Under the pieces are notes generated by a model, which saw nothing but the letters and a program-made list of their open reading frames with translations, ran no database searches and was not told the DNA's origin. A DNA stretch of 64,000 nucleotides from Acidimicrobiales bacterium (lineage in GTDB: Bacteria > Actinomycetota > Acidimicrobiia > Acidimicrobiales > DATDAH01), in the NCBI GenBank assembly GCA_041908445.1, contig JAYRFK010000023.1, positions 7,161 to 71,160 on the forward strand. Direction: 5' to 3'. Numbering within the stretch: position 1 is the first letter of the stretch; each line of letters starts with the position of its first letter. The translations under genes were made by a program, and so were the position numbers. Of the stretch, positions 44,165-52,535 are shown piece by piece.

Positions 44165-44182
44165 TTCGACGCCCGTGTCGAA
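44165..44182. promoter_or_regulatory. perfect palindrome TTCGAC-N6-GTCGAA (candidate TetR operator)
   Basis: TTCGACGCCCGTGTCGAA lies in the divergent region between the LLM oxidoreductase and the fadD-like/TetR operon. Its reverse complement matches 47882-47899 at 16 of 18 positions, including the spacer. Confidence 0.5.
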
Positions 44183-44212
44183 AAGCGCGGCGACCGCCTA
44201 GGCTCGCCGGCC

Positions 44213-44248
44213 GTGCCGGCCCCCGAGCGCCTCCGAGGCCCCGCGTGA
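44213..44248 (+). CDS. candidate leaderless 11-codon uORF (VPAPERLRGPA) coupled to the acyl-CoA synthetase start
   Basis: TAGGCT at 44199-44204 is followed after 8 nt by GTG 44213. The uORF stop TGA (44246-44248) overlaps the GTG 44245 start of the next gene (GTGA). This rests purely on sequence geometry. Confidence 0.25.
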   Translation: MPAPERLRGPA

Positions 44249-45879
44249 CCGCCTTCGGCCGTCTGCTCGCCGATCGGGCCGACGACGACGGCGTCGCCCT
44301 GCTGCACGGGGACGGCGCCTGGACCTACCGCGAGCTCGTCGCCGAGGGTCGCCGGCGGGCGGCCCTCCTGGCCGAGCGGCTCGACCCCGACCGACCGCCC
44401 CACGTCGGCGTGCTGCTCGACAACGTGCCGGACTACCTGTTCTGGCTGGTGGCCGGTGCCCTCTCCGGCGCGATCGTCGTCGGCATCAACTCGACCTACC
44501 GCGGCGAACCGCTCGCCCAGTTGATCGACCACACCGACTGCCAGGTGCTCGTCACGTCGAGCGACCTCGCGCCCCTGCTCGACACCGCGCCCCACGAGCT
44601 GCCGGATCAGCGGGTGCTCGTCGTCGACGACCCGGGCTATGCGGACGCCCTCGCCGCCGTGGACCCCGACGCCGCCGCCGGCCCGCTCCCCGACGAGGAC
44701 GACCTCTACCTCCTGATCTTCACCTCGGGCTCCACGGGCCTACCCAAGGCGGTGCGGTGCACGCAGGGCCGCATCGGGCGCACCGGCGCACACGTGGCGG
44801 GGATCTCCGGCCTCGCCCCCGGCGACGTCACCTACGCCCCGCTCCCCTTCTTCCACGCCGCCTCGCTGTTCACGGGCTGGGCCGGCGCCGTGCACGCCGG
44901 CACGCCCATCGCCACCCGTACCCGCTTCTCGGCGTCGGGCACCGTCCCCGACCTGCGTCGCTTCGGCGCCACCCACCTCACCTACACGGGCAAGGTCCTC
45001 AACTACCTCCTCGCCGTGCCCGAGGCGCCCGACGACGCCACCGTGCCGCTGCGCCTGGCCATCGGCAACGAGGCCTCCGAGGCCGACATCCGCGAGTTCG
45101 CCCGCCGCTTCGACTGCCAGGTGCGCGACAGCTACGGATCGACCGAGGGCGTGATCATCATCCGGCGCGACGCCTCGATGCCGCGGGGCGCGCTCGGCAC
45201 GGCGGCCGACACGGTGAAGGTCCTGGACCCCGAGACGGGGGTCGAGTGCCCGCGGGCGGTCTTCGACGAGGACGGCCGGGTCACCAACCTCGACGAGGCG
45301 GTGGGCGAGATCGTCGAGACCCAGCCGACCTCGGGTTTCGAGGGCTACTACCGCAATGCCGCCGCCACCGAGGAGCGCTTCCGCGACGGCGCCTACTGGT
45401 CGGGCGACCTCGCCTACCGCGACGCCGACGGCTGGCTGTACTTCGCCGGCCGCTCGAACGACTGGCTGCGCGTGGACGGCGAGAACTTCGCGGCCGGCCC
45501 CGTCGAGGCGATCCTCGGCCGCCACCCCGACGTCCGGTCGGTGGCGGTCTACGCCGTCCCCGACGACCCCGTCGGCGACCGGGTGATGGTGGCGCTGGAG
45601 CTGTGGGCCGGCGCCACCTTCGACGCCGCGGCGTTCGACGCCTTCCTCGCCACCCAACCGGACCTCGGCCCCAAGTGGGTGCCGGCGTTCGTCCGGGTCG
45701 ACGACGAGCTCCCGAAGCTGTCGAGCATGAAGGTCGACAAGAAGGCGCTGCGGCGCGACGCCTGGCGGTCCGCCGGCGTGGTGTGGCGGCCGGCCAAGGG
45801 CGAGGCCCTGCGCCCGCTCACTGACGAGGACCGGGACGCGCTCGCACCGCTGCTCGACGGCCCGAGCAGGGCGACGTGA
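44245..45879 (+). CDS. acyl-CoA synthetase (AMP-binding, FadD-like)
   Basis: Contains LIFTSGSTGLPKAV (AMP-binding motif I), YGSTEG and WSGDLAYRDADGWLYFAGRSNDWLRVDGENF. GTG 44245 is preceded by GAGG. Confidence 0.85.
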   Translation: MTAFGRLLADRADDDGVALLHGDGAWTYRELVAEGRRRAALLAERLDPDRPPHVGVLLDNVPDYLFWLVAGALSGAIVVGINSTYRGEPLAQLIDHTDCQVLVTSSDLAPLLDTAPHELPDQRVLVVDDPGYADALAAVDPDAAAGPLPDEDDLYLLIFTSGSTGLPKAVRCTQGRIGRTGAHVAGISGLAPGDVTYAPLPFFHAASLFTGWAGAVHAGTPIATRTRFSASGTVPDLRRFGATHLTYTGKVLNYLLAVPEAPDDATVPLRLAIGNEASEADIREFARRFDCQVRDSYGSTEGVIIIRRDASMPRGALGTAADTVKVLDPETGVECPRAVFDEDGRVTNLDEAVGEIVETQPTSGFEGYYRNAAATEERFRDGAYWSGDLAYRDADGWLYFAGRSNDWLRVDGENFAAGPVEAILGRHPDVRSVAVYAVPDDPVGDRVMVALELWAGATFDAAAFDAFLATQPDLGPKWVPAFVRVDDELPKLSSMKVDKKALRRDAWRSAGVVWRPAKGEALRPLTDEDRDALAPLLDGPSRAT

Positions 45880-46544
45880 CCGACACCGTCACGCCGCGCT
45901 CGGCCAAGGGCGTGCGCACCCGGGCCCGGCTGCTCGACGCCGCCCGCGAGGTCTTCGAGGCCCTCGGCTTCCTCGAGGCCCGGGTGTCCGACATCGTCGA
46001 GCGGGCCGGCCTCTCGCACGGCAGCTTCTACCACTACTTCGACTCAAAGGAGCAGGTGTTCCGGGCGGTCGCGGAGACCCTCGAGGCGCAGCTGACCGCA
46101 CCGGCGGACGAGCAGGAGCGGGAGCGGGAGCGGGACGGCGACGAGGGCGGTGACGGGACCGCCCCGGCCCCCGCGTCGGAGTACGCGCGCATCCTCGCCG
46201 CCAACCGCCTCTACCTCGAGCGCTACCGGGCCCACGCCCGGATCATGGGCGTGATCGAGGAGGTCTCCCGGTACGACGACCACGTCAACCAGGCCCGCAT
46301 GCGCCGCCAGAAGCACTTCGCCGACCGCGCCGAGCGGGCCATCCGCCGGCTCCAGGACGCCGGCGAGGCCGACCCGGCCGTCGACCCCGGCATCGCCGCC
46401 CTCGCCCTCGGCTCGATGGTCGCCCGCACCGCCGAGCTCTGGCTGGTCGAGGGCTGGGCCGACTACGACCTCGACGTCGTGGCCGAGCAGGTCACCCGCC
46501 TCTGGGCCGGCGCCCTCGGCCTCCCCGTCCCACCCCGTTCCTGA
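45876..46544 (+). CDS. TetR/AcrR family transcriptional regulator
   Basis: The HTH region reads RTRARLLDAAREVFEALGFLEARVSDIVERAGLSHGSFYHYFDSKEQVF. The GTG start overlaps the fadD-like stop (GTGA). Confidence 0.85.
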   Translation: MTDTVTPRSAKGVRTRARLLDAAREVFEALGFLEARVSDIVERAGLSHGSFYHYFDSKEQVFRAVAETLEAQLTAPADEQERERERDGDEGGDGTAPAPASEYARILAANRLYLERYRAHARIMGVIEEVSRYDDHVNQARMRRQKHFADRAERAIRRLQDAGEADPAVDPGIAALALGSMVARTAELWLVEGWADYDLDVVAEQVTRLWAGALGLPVPPRS

Positions 46545-46574
46545 CCGCGACCGCCGAGGCCGGATCCCGCCGAA

Positions 46575-46627
46575 CTGGCTCCTGATTTCGGTGCTCTGGC
46601 ACCGAAATCGGGAGCCAGAACGAAAGG
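46575..46627. repeat. 20-bp-stem hairpin followed by the CCAGAACGAAAGG motif
   Basis: CTGGCTCCTGATTTCGGTGC-tctg-GCACCGAAATCGGGAGCCAG, then AACGAAAGG. It lies between the convergent TetR and amidohydrolase genes and is a likely bidirectional terminator. Confidence 0.6.
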
Positions 46628-46650
46628 CCTGGGGGCGGGCGCGCTTGGCG

Positions 46651-47829
46651 TCAGGCCGGGACGGTGACGCCCAGGAGGTCGACGGCGTTGGTACGGGCGA
46701 TGCGGGCCACGTCGGCGTCGGGGAGGCCGGCGAGCGTCCCGGTGACGAACTCGTGGGGCGTGCGGGTGCCCTCCGCATGGGGCCAGTCCGAGCCGAGCAG
46801 GAGGCGGTCGGCCCGGAAGGCGGCCGCCACCTCGGGAACGTCGTCCTCCCAGAACGGCGTGACCCACACGTGCTCGCCGAAGGTGTCGCGGGGGTGCTCG
46901 GCGAAGAAGCCGGGGTTGCGGTTGGCGGCGTCGTCGAGGCGGTGCAGCAGGTCCGGGATCCACGATGCCCCGTTCTCGACGCTGGCGAGACGGAGCCCGG
47001 GGTGGCGCTCGAAGAGCTTGTGGCACACCGCGGCGGCGTAGAAGTCGCTGACGGCGCGGCCCTTGGTCACCACGTTGCGGAGGGGCGAGCGGAAGACCGA
47101 GCTCTCCGCGCCGCCGGGCTCCCACATCTGGACGATGGCGTCGTAGCCATCGTTGCCGGCGTGGGTCGCCACCACCACGCCCGACTCGGCCGCCAGCGCC
47201 CAGAACGGGTCGTACGCGGGGTCGAACGGGGAGCGGTAGCCGCCCGGGACCGGGACGGGCGCGTTGCGGACGTTGACCGCCACGGCGCCCCGGTCGAGCA
47301 GGTCGCGCAGCTCGGCGACGGCGGCCGCCGGATCGAGGAACGGGATGTACGGGACGGCGAAGAGACGGCCCTGGTGGGCGAAGCCCCAGTCCTCCTCCAG
47401 CCAGCGGTTGAAGCCGGCGAAGACCGCGGCGGCGGCCTCGGGGTCGTCCTTGAGCGCCTCCTCCAGGCCGACGCCCAGGGTCGGGAAGAGGAGGGTGGCG
47501 GCCACGCCCTGCTCGTCGAGCACGGCCAGGCGGGCCTCACGGTCCCGGTACTCGGGTCGGATCGGCTCGAGCTCGCCGAAGGCCTCCACGATGGTCTTGG
47601 CCTCGGGGTTGCCCCGGTACCACTCGTAGAGGCAACCGGGCTTGGCCACCGGGTCGAAGGTGGGGTTGGCCACGTAGGCGTTGACCCGGCCGCCGACGAG
47701 CAGGCGCCGGCGCCCGTCGACCTCGGCCCAGCGCACGCCCCGGCCCCGCAGCGCCGGGTCCTGGTGGCGGGTGAAGGCGTCTTCGGCTTCGTAGTAGTGG
47801 TTGTCGAAGTCGAAGATCCGCTCGGCCAT
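46651..47829 (-). CDS. amidohydrolase_2 family protein
   Basis: ATG 47829 follows GGGAGGA. The 392-aa product begins MAERIFDFDNHYYE and contains LLGSDWPHAEG, the same family as 49061-50338. Confidence 0.85.
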   Translation of the reverse strand: MAERIFDFDNHYYEAEDAFTRHQDPALRGRGVRWAEVDGRRRLLVGGRVNAYVANPTFDPVAKPGCLYEWYRGNPEAKTIVEAFGELEPIRPEYRDREARLAVLDEQGVAATLLFPTLGVGLEEALKDDPEAAAAVFAGFNRWLEEDWGFAHQGRLFAVPYIPFLDPAAAVAELRDLLDRGAVAVNVRNAPVPVPGGYRSPFDPAYDPFWALAAESGVVVATHAGNDGYDAIVQMWEPGGAESSVFRSPLRNVVTKGRAVSDFYAAAVCHKLFERHPGLRLASVENGASWIPDLLHRLDDAANRNPGFFAEHPRDTFGEHVWVTPFWEDDVPEVAAAFRADRLLLGSDWPHAEGTRTPHEFVTGTLAGLPDADVARIARTNAVDLLGVTVPA

Positions 47830-47881
47830 CGGTCCTCCCGGGGGGTTTGACCCCCTGTCGGCGCCCGACGAGACTACCGAA

Positions 47882-47899
47882 GTTGACACGGGCGTCGAA
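47882..47899. promoter_or_regulatory. GTTGAC-ACGGGC-GTCGAA operator-like site
   Basis: Lies in the divergent region between the amidohydrolase (47829) and the phosphotransferase (47915). It shares the 16-mer GACACGGGCGTCGAAA with the reverse complement of the 44165 site. Confidence 0.5.
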
Positions 47900-47914
47900 A
47901 AGCCGGGGGACCGC

Positions 47915-48982
47915 ATGACCGCCACACCGCCGTTCCCGGACGCGCCCGAGGACGTCACCGCCGAGTGGCTGACCGCCGCACTGCGCACCACCGACCCCAC
48001 CGCCGAGGTCACGGGTGTCGAGGTGCTGGCGCGACACGCGGGCACGACCGGCCGCCTCCGGCTCGGGCTCACCCACGCCCCCGGCGCCGCCGGGCCGGCC
48101 AGCGTCTTCGTGAAGCTGCCGCCGTTCGAGGAGGGCCAGCGCAAGCTGGTCGCGGCCACGGACATGGGCCGCCGCGAGGCCCGCTTCTACGCCGAGCTCG
48201 CCGGCGAGGTGCCGCTGCGGGTGCCCGGCTGCCACTACGCCGCCCACGGCGAGGAGCGCACCGAGTACGTCATGGTGCTGGAGGACCTCGAGGCGTCGGG
48301 CTGCCGCTTCACCGACCGGGCCGACCCCGGCGGGGCCGAGCACGCCGGGAAGGTCGTCGAGGGCCTCGGCCGCCTGCACGCCCACTTCTGGGAGGACGCC
48401 CGCTTCGGCGACGGCACCCTCGACTGGGTGCGGCCGGCGATGCGGGGCAAGCGGGGCGCGGACTTCGTGGCCATGGCCAAGGAGCAGTTCGCCGCCGAGT
48501 CGCCGCCGCTGTTCGCCGAGCTGTGCGACCTCTACATCGAGCACGCCGACGCCGTCGTCGAGTGCTGGGACGAGGGCGAGACGACGCTCGTCCACGGCGA
48601 CACCCACTCGGGCAACCAGTTCGTGGACGGCGACGCCGTCGGCCTCTACGACTGGGCGGTCATCAGCCGCTCCCCCGGCGTGCGCGACCTGGCCATCTTC
48701 CTCGGCAACTCGTGCGCCACGGAGCTCCGCCGCGAGCACGAGGCCGACTGGCTCGCCGCCTACCGGCGGGTGCTGGTCGACGCCGGCGTCGACGCCCCGC
48801 CGGCCGACGTGCTGTTCGACCGCTACCGGCGCTGCGTGCTCTACGCCTGGATCGCGGCGACGACGACCGCGGCCATGGGCAGCCGCTGGCAGCCGATCGA
48901 GGTGGGGCGGGCGGGCATGGCGAGGGCCACGACCGCCTGCGCCGACCTCGACACCCTCGGCGCCCTCCGCGCCGCCCTCTGA
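47915..48982 (+). CDS. phosphotransferase (APH / ecdysteroid-kinase-like) family protein
   Basis: ATG 47915 gives a 355-aa product that begins MTATPPFPDAPEDVTAEWLTAAL and contains VHGDTHSGNQF and LYDWAV (kinase catalytic loop and DxD-like motifs). Confidence 0.8.
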   Translation: MTATPPFPDAPEDVTAEWLTAALRTTDPTAEVTGVEVLARHAGTTGRLRLGLTHAPGAAGPASVFVKLPPFEEGQRKLVAATDMGRREARFYAELAGEVPLRVPGCHYAAHGEERTEYVMVLEDLEASGCRFTDRADPGGAEHAGKVVEGLGRLHAHFWEDARFGDGTLDWVRPAMRGKRGADFVAMAKEQFAAESPPLFAELCDLYIEHADAVVECWDEGETTLVHGDTHSGNQFVDGDAVGLYDWAVISRSPGVRDLAIFLGNSCATELRREHEADWLAAYRRVLVDAGVDAPPADVLFDRYRRCVLYAWIAATTTAAMGSRWQPIEVGRAGMARATTACADLDTLGALRAAL

Positions 48983-48990
48983 GCGCGTTG

Positions 48991-49031
48991 TCGAGGCAAT
49001 AGCCCCTGGATTCCGGGGGCTATTGCCTCGA
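48991..49031. terminator. bidirectional hairpin terminator (16-bp perfect stem)
   Basis: TCGAGGCAATAGCCCC-tggattccg-GGGGCTATTGCCTCGA lies between the convergent phosphotransferase and amidohydrolase genes. Confidence 0.6.
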
Positions 49032-49060
49032 GTTCGTCAGATCGCGGCGGGTTCCGGTAC

Positions 49061-50338
49061 TCAGGAGGGGACGAGGCCGGCGGCTTCGTTGCGCTCGCGC
49101 CACTCGGAGCGGGGCCGGCGGGTCGTGTCCACGCCGGCGGCGCGCGCCCGGGCCCGCAGCGCGCCGACGGTGGCGTCCTCGCGGGCGGTGTGGGCGAACG
49201 GGTCCCAGTCGAAGAAGCGGCAGGCGTTCTCCCAGGTGATCTTGTGGATCTCGTCGTCGGCGCAGCCGGCCTCCTGCAGCTCGGCCCAGGTGAACTCGGG
49301 GGACTCCGGCCACGTCGTGTCCGTGTGGGGGTAGTCGCACTCCCACGCCAGGATGTCGACGCCGATGCGATCGCGCAGGGCGAGGCCGGACGGGTCGGTG
49401 ATGAAGCAGGCGAGGATGTGGTCGCGGAACACCTCGGACGGCCGCTTGCCGCCGAAGTCGTCGCGGTCGTGCAGCCACGTCTGGTTCTCGAAGTGGCGGT
49501 CGATGCGGTCGAGGTAGAACGGGATCCAGCCGATGCCGCCCTCGGAGAGCGCCACCTTCAGGTCGGGGAAGGTCCGCAGGGTCGGGCCGAAGAGCAGGTC
49601 CTGGGCGGTGATGGCGCTGATCTGGCAGGCCAGCACCATGAGGTGGTCGATCGGCGCCTCCTCGGGCCGGCGGATGACCTCGAAGCCGGCGCCGATGTGC
49701 AGCGACAGGACCATGCCCTCGTCGCAGATGGCGGTGAGCATGGGGTCCCAGTGGCCCGACAGGAAGCTCGGGAAGCCCTGGACGTGCGGGGTCTCGAGGA
49801 AGCTGATCGACCGGCAGCCCTTCTTCCCGAGCCGGCGCACCTCGGCGGCGGCGAGCTCGGCGTCCCACATGGGGACGATGCCGAGGGGGATGAACCGGTC
49901 GGGATAGGCCGCGGCCCACTCGTCGATGGCCCAGTCGTTGTACGCCTGGAGCATGACCAGGGCGATCTCGGTGTCGCCCGCCTCGTGGAAGGTGCGGGCG
50001 TTGAAGCCGGCCATGGTCGGGAAGTTCATCGAGGCCAGCACGCCGTTGGCGTCCATGTCCTTCACCCGTTCGTGCACGTCGAAGCAGCCGGGGCGCAGCT
50101 CGGCGAACGAGCCGGGGTTGAAGCCCCAGTCCTCCCGGGTCCAGCCCACGGTGGCGGCCATGCCGAACGGCGTCGACGTGGCCTGGCCGAGGAACTCCCA
50201 CTGGTCGGTGCCCGCCTCGGTGCGTACCACCCGGGGCATCTGGGCCTGCCACTTCGCGGGCACGTGGTTCCGGAACATGTCCGGGGGCTCGATCATGTGG
50301 TCGTCGATGCTGACCAGGATCATGTCGTCGAGCTGCAC
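49061..50338 (-). CDS. amidohydrolase_2 family protein
   Basis: GTG 50338 follows GAGGAGG. The product begins VQLDDMILVSIDDHMIEPPDMF and contains AWECDYPHTD. Confidence 0.85.
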   Translation of the reverse strand: MQLDDMILVSIDDHMIEPPDMFRNHVPAKWQAQMPRVVRTEAGTDQWEFLGQATSTPFGMAATVGWTREDWGFNPGSFAELRPGCFDVHERVKDMDANGVLASMNFPTMAGFNARTFHEAGDTEIALVMLQAYNDWAIDEWAAAYPDRFIPLGIVPMWDAELAAAEVRRLGKKGCRSISFLETPHVQGFPSFLSGHWDPMLTAICDEGMVLSLHIGAGFEVIRRPEEAPIDHLMVLACQISAITAQDLLFGPTLRTFPDLKVALSEGGIGWIPFYLDRIDRHFENQTWLHDRDDFGGKRPSEVFRDHILACFITDPSGLALRDRIGVDILAWECDYPHTDTTWPESPEFTWAELQEAGCADDEIHKITWENACRFFDWDPFAHTAREDATVGALRARARAAGVDTTRRPRSEWRERNEAAGLVPS

Positions 50339-50372
50339 GGGGCGACCTCCTCGGGGTCCGCGGTCACCCTTT

Positions 50373-50390
50373 TCTAACACTCACGTCACA
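50373..50390. promoter_or_regulatory. second copy of the TCTAACACTCACGTCA operator-like motif
   Basis: Identical 16-mer to 5127-5142. It lies about 35 nt upstream of the amidohydrolase start (50338) on the minus strand. Confidence 0.45.
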
Positions 50391-50431
50391 GCACGGCCAG
50401 GGGTGGGGTCGCCCCGACCCGGGCCGACGGC

Positions 50432-51640
50432 TCAGCGGGGGCCTGACGGCGTGAAGCGCACGGGCATCCGTTCGTAGCCGCTCACGAAGTTGGCGGGGCG
50501 CAGCGCTGGCTCGTGGTCGTCGACCAGGGCGAGGTCGGGCACCCGGTCGAACAGCTCCTCCAGCACGACCCGCAGCTCGAGGCGGGCCAGGCTCGCCCCG
50601 AGGCAGAAGTGGGGGCCGAAGCCGAAGGCGACGTGCTCGTTGGGCGTGCGCCGCAGGTCGAAGGTGCCGGCGGCGGGGAAGACGGCCTCGTCGCGGTTGG
50701 CCGACGGGTAGAGCAGCAGCACCTTCTCCCCCGCCGGGATCACCTGGTCCGCGAGCTCGACGTCGGACGTGGCGGTGCGGGCCATGTTCTTGATGGGGCT
50801 GACCCAACGCAGCATCTCCTCCACCGCGGTCGGGATGAGGCTGCGGTCGTCGCGCAGCGTGGCCCACCGCTCGGGCTCGACGAGCAACTGGTAGATGCCG
50901 CCGGTGATCACGTGGCGCGAGGTCTCGTCGCCGCCGATGAGCAGGAGCAGCGAGTCCATGATCACCTGGTCCTCGGTGAGGCGGTGGCCGTCGACCTCGG
51001 CGTGCACCAGGGTGCTCATGAGGTCGTCGGTGGGCTCGACCCGGCGCTCGGCGATGCGCTCCCGGGCGTAGTCCATGTAGGCCATGGCCGCCGCGATGCC
51101 GACGGCTTGGACCTCGGGGTCCTTGGGGCCGAGCATCTGCATGAGCTCGTCGCTCCAGGCGAGGAGCTGGAGGCGGTCGGGCGGGGCCACCCCGAGGGCG
51201 TCGCCGATGACGATCAGCGGCACCCAGGCGGCCAGGTCGGCGACGAGGTCGCACTCGCCCCGCTCGCACCACGTGTCGACGAGGGTGTTCACGATCTCGC
51301 GGATCGAGGCCTCGCGATCGCGGACCCGGCGGGGGGTGAACCCTCGGCTGACCAGCTTGCGCCGCAGCTTGTGGGCGGGGTCGTCGAGGTCGATGAGCTG
51401 TGCCGTGCCCGGGTGGTCGGGGCGGATGCCGCCGGCGCTCGAGAACTGCTGCGGATGGGTGGAGACGTGCTTCACCAGGTCGTAGGTGGCGATGCCCCAC
51501 ACCCCGTTGGCCGGATCGCGCCACACCGGTGCGTTCGCCCGCAGCCACGCCAGCTCCTCCTGCGGGTCCCGGCCCCAGAAGGCGCCGTCCACCAGGTCGA
51601 TCCGGGCCTCGACGTCGTCGGCGGTCTGCGTCGCGTCCAT
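50432..51640 (-). CDS. cytochrome P450
   Basis: 402 aa with the EEMLRW (ExxR) motif and heme-Cys loop FGFGPHFCLGASLARLE. Confidence 0.9.
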   Translation of the reverse strand: MDATQTADDVEARIDLVDGAFWGRDPQEELAWLRANAPVWRDPANGVWGIATYDLVKHVSTHPQQFSSAGGIRPDHPGTAQLIDLDDPAHKLRRKLVSRGFTPRRVRDREASIREIVNTLVDTWCERGECDLVADLAAWVPLIVIGDALGVAPPDRLQLLAWSDELMQMLGPKDPEVQAVGIAAAMAYMDYARERIAERRVEPTDDLMSTLVHAEVDGHRLTEDQVIMDSLLLLIGGDETSRHVITGGIYQLLVEPERWATLRDDRSLIPTAVEEMLRWVSPIKNMARTATSDVELADQVIPAGEKVLLLYPSANRDEAVFPAAGTFDLRRTPNEHVAFGFGPHFCLGASLARLELRVVLEELFDRVPDLALVDDHEPALRPANFVSGYERMPVRFTPSGPR

Positions 51641-51652
51641 GCCGCGACCCTA

Positions 51653-51670
51653 TTTGACGTCGGTGTCGAA
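51653..51670. promoter_or_regulatory. TTTGAC-GTCGGT-GTCGAA operator-like site
   Basis: Lies in the divergent region between the P450 (51640) and the thioesterase-like operon (51694). It has the same half-sites and spacing as 44165 and 47882. Confidence 0.45.
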
Positions 51671-51693
51671 ATCGCTCGCTAGGGTCCCGGCCC

Positions 51694-52488
51694 GTGCCGG
51701 CCGACGCCCTGTTCCTGCCCGACGGGGACGCCACCTTCGTGCCGACGTCGGGCGCGGTGGGGCCGTGGGACGCCCGCATCGTGCACGGCGCCGCCGTCGT
51801 CGCCCTGCTGACCGGCCGCCTCACCCCCGCGGAGGGGACGATGGCGCGGGTCACCGTGGACTTCCTGCGCCCGGTGCCGATGGGACCGCTCGACCTCGAT
51901 CTGGCCGACCTCGGCGGCGGCACCCGAGCCCAGCGGCACCGGGCCGTGCTCACGAGCGACGGCCAGGAGGTCGCCGCGGCCGAGTCCGTCGTGCTGCGGG
52001 CCGGCGCCCTCGAGCTGCCGCCGAAGGCGCTGGGGCACCCGACCCCCTTCGACCCCGCCGCCGCACCCCCGCTCGACGAGCCCAACCACGCCGCCGCCGA
52101 GGTCGTGGGCCACGAGAGCTACGACAGCGAGAGCGCGGTGTTCGTGCCGATGCGGGTCGAGGGCGACCGCCGGGTCCACGCCTGGATCAGCCTGGCCCTG
52201 CCCGTGGTCGCCGGCTCACCGCTCCTCGGCACCGAGCTGGCCGCCGCGGCGGCGGACTACGCCCAGACGGCTGTGCACCGCCAGCTCCCCTTCGCCGAGT
52301 GGTCGTTCCGCAACACCGAGCAGACCATCCACTTCTCGCGCCCGCCGGTCGGCCGCTGGGTGGGGCTGCGCAGCGACGCGCTCGTCCAGCCCGTCGGCGC
52401 CGGCTTCAGCGCCGCCGACCTGTTCGACGCCGATGGCTGGGTCGCCCGCACGGCGGCGGCGGTGGTCGTCGAGCGCCGCCCGACCTGA
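51694..52488 (+). CDS. thioesterase-like (acyl-CoA thioesterase, double hot-dog-like) family protein
   Basis: 264 aa. A pattern such as GAVGPWDARIVHGAAVVALL...VTVDFLRPV is typical of the TesB-related 'thioesterase family protein' group. GTG 51694 lies 8 nt after TAGGGT. Confidence 0.65.
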   Translation: MPADALFLPDGDATFVPTSGAVGPWDARIVHGAAVVALLTGRLTPAEGTMARVTVDFLRPVPMGPLDLDLADLGGGTRAQRHRAVLTSDGQEVAAAESVVLRAGALELPPKALGHPTPFDPAAAPPLDEPNHAAAEVVGHESYDSESAVFVPMRVEGDRRVHAWISLALPVVAGSPLLGTELAAAAADYAQTAVHRQLPFAEWSFRNTEQTIHFSRPPVGRWVGLRSDALVQPVGAGFSAADLFDADGWVARTAAAVVVERRPT

Positions 52489-52535
52489 GCCCGACCCGAC
52501 CGCCTCCCCGCCCGTCCCGCCGAGAGGAGCCTCCT

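Noticed and set aside
47883-47888. TTGACA within the 47882-47899 motif (and TTGAC in the sister sites) read as sigma-70 -35 boxes.
   Set aside because: No TANNNT lies at 16-19 nt downstream in the relevant orientation. The conserved spacer and the GTCGAA partner arm fit an operator better, although overlap with a promoter is still possible.
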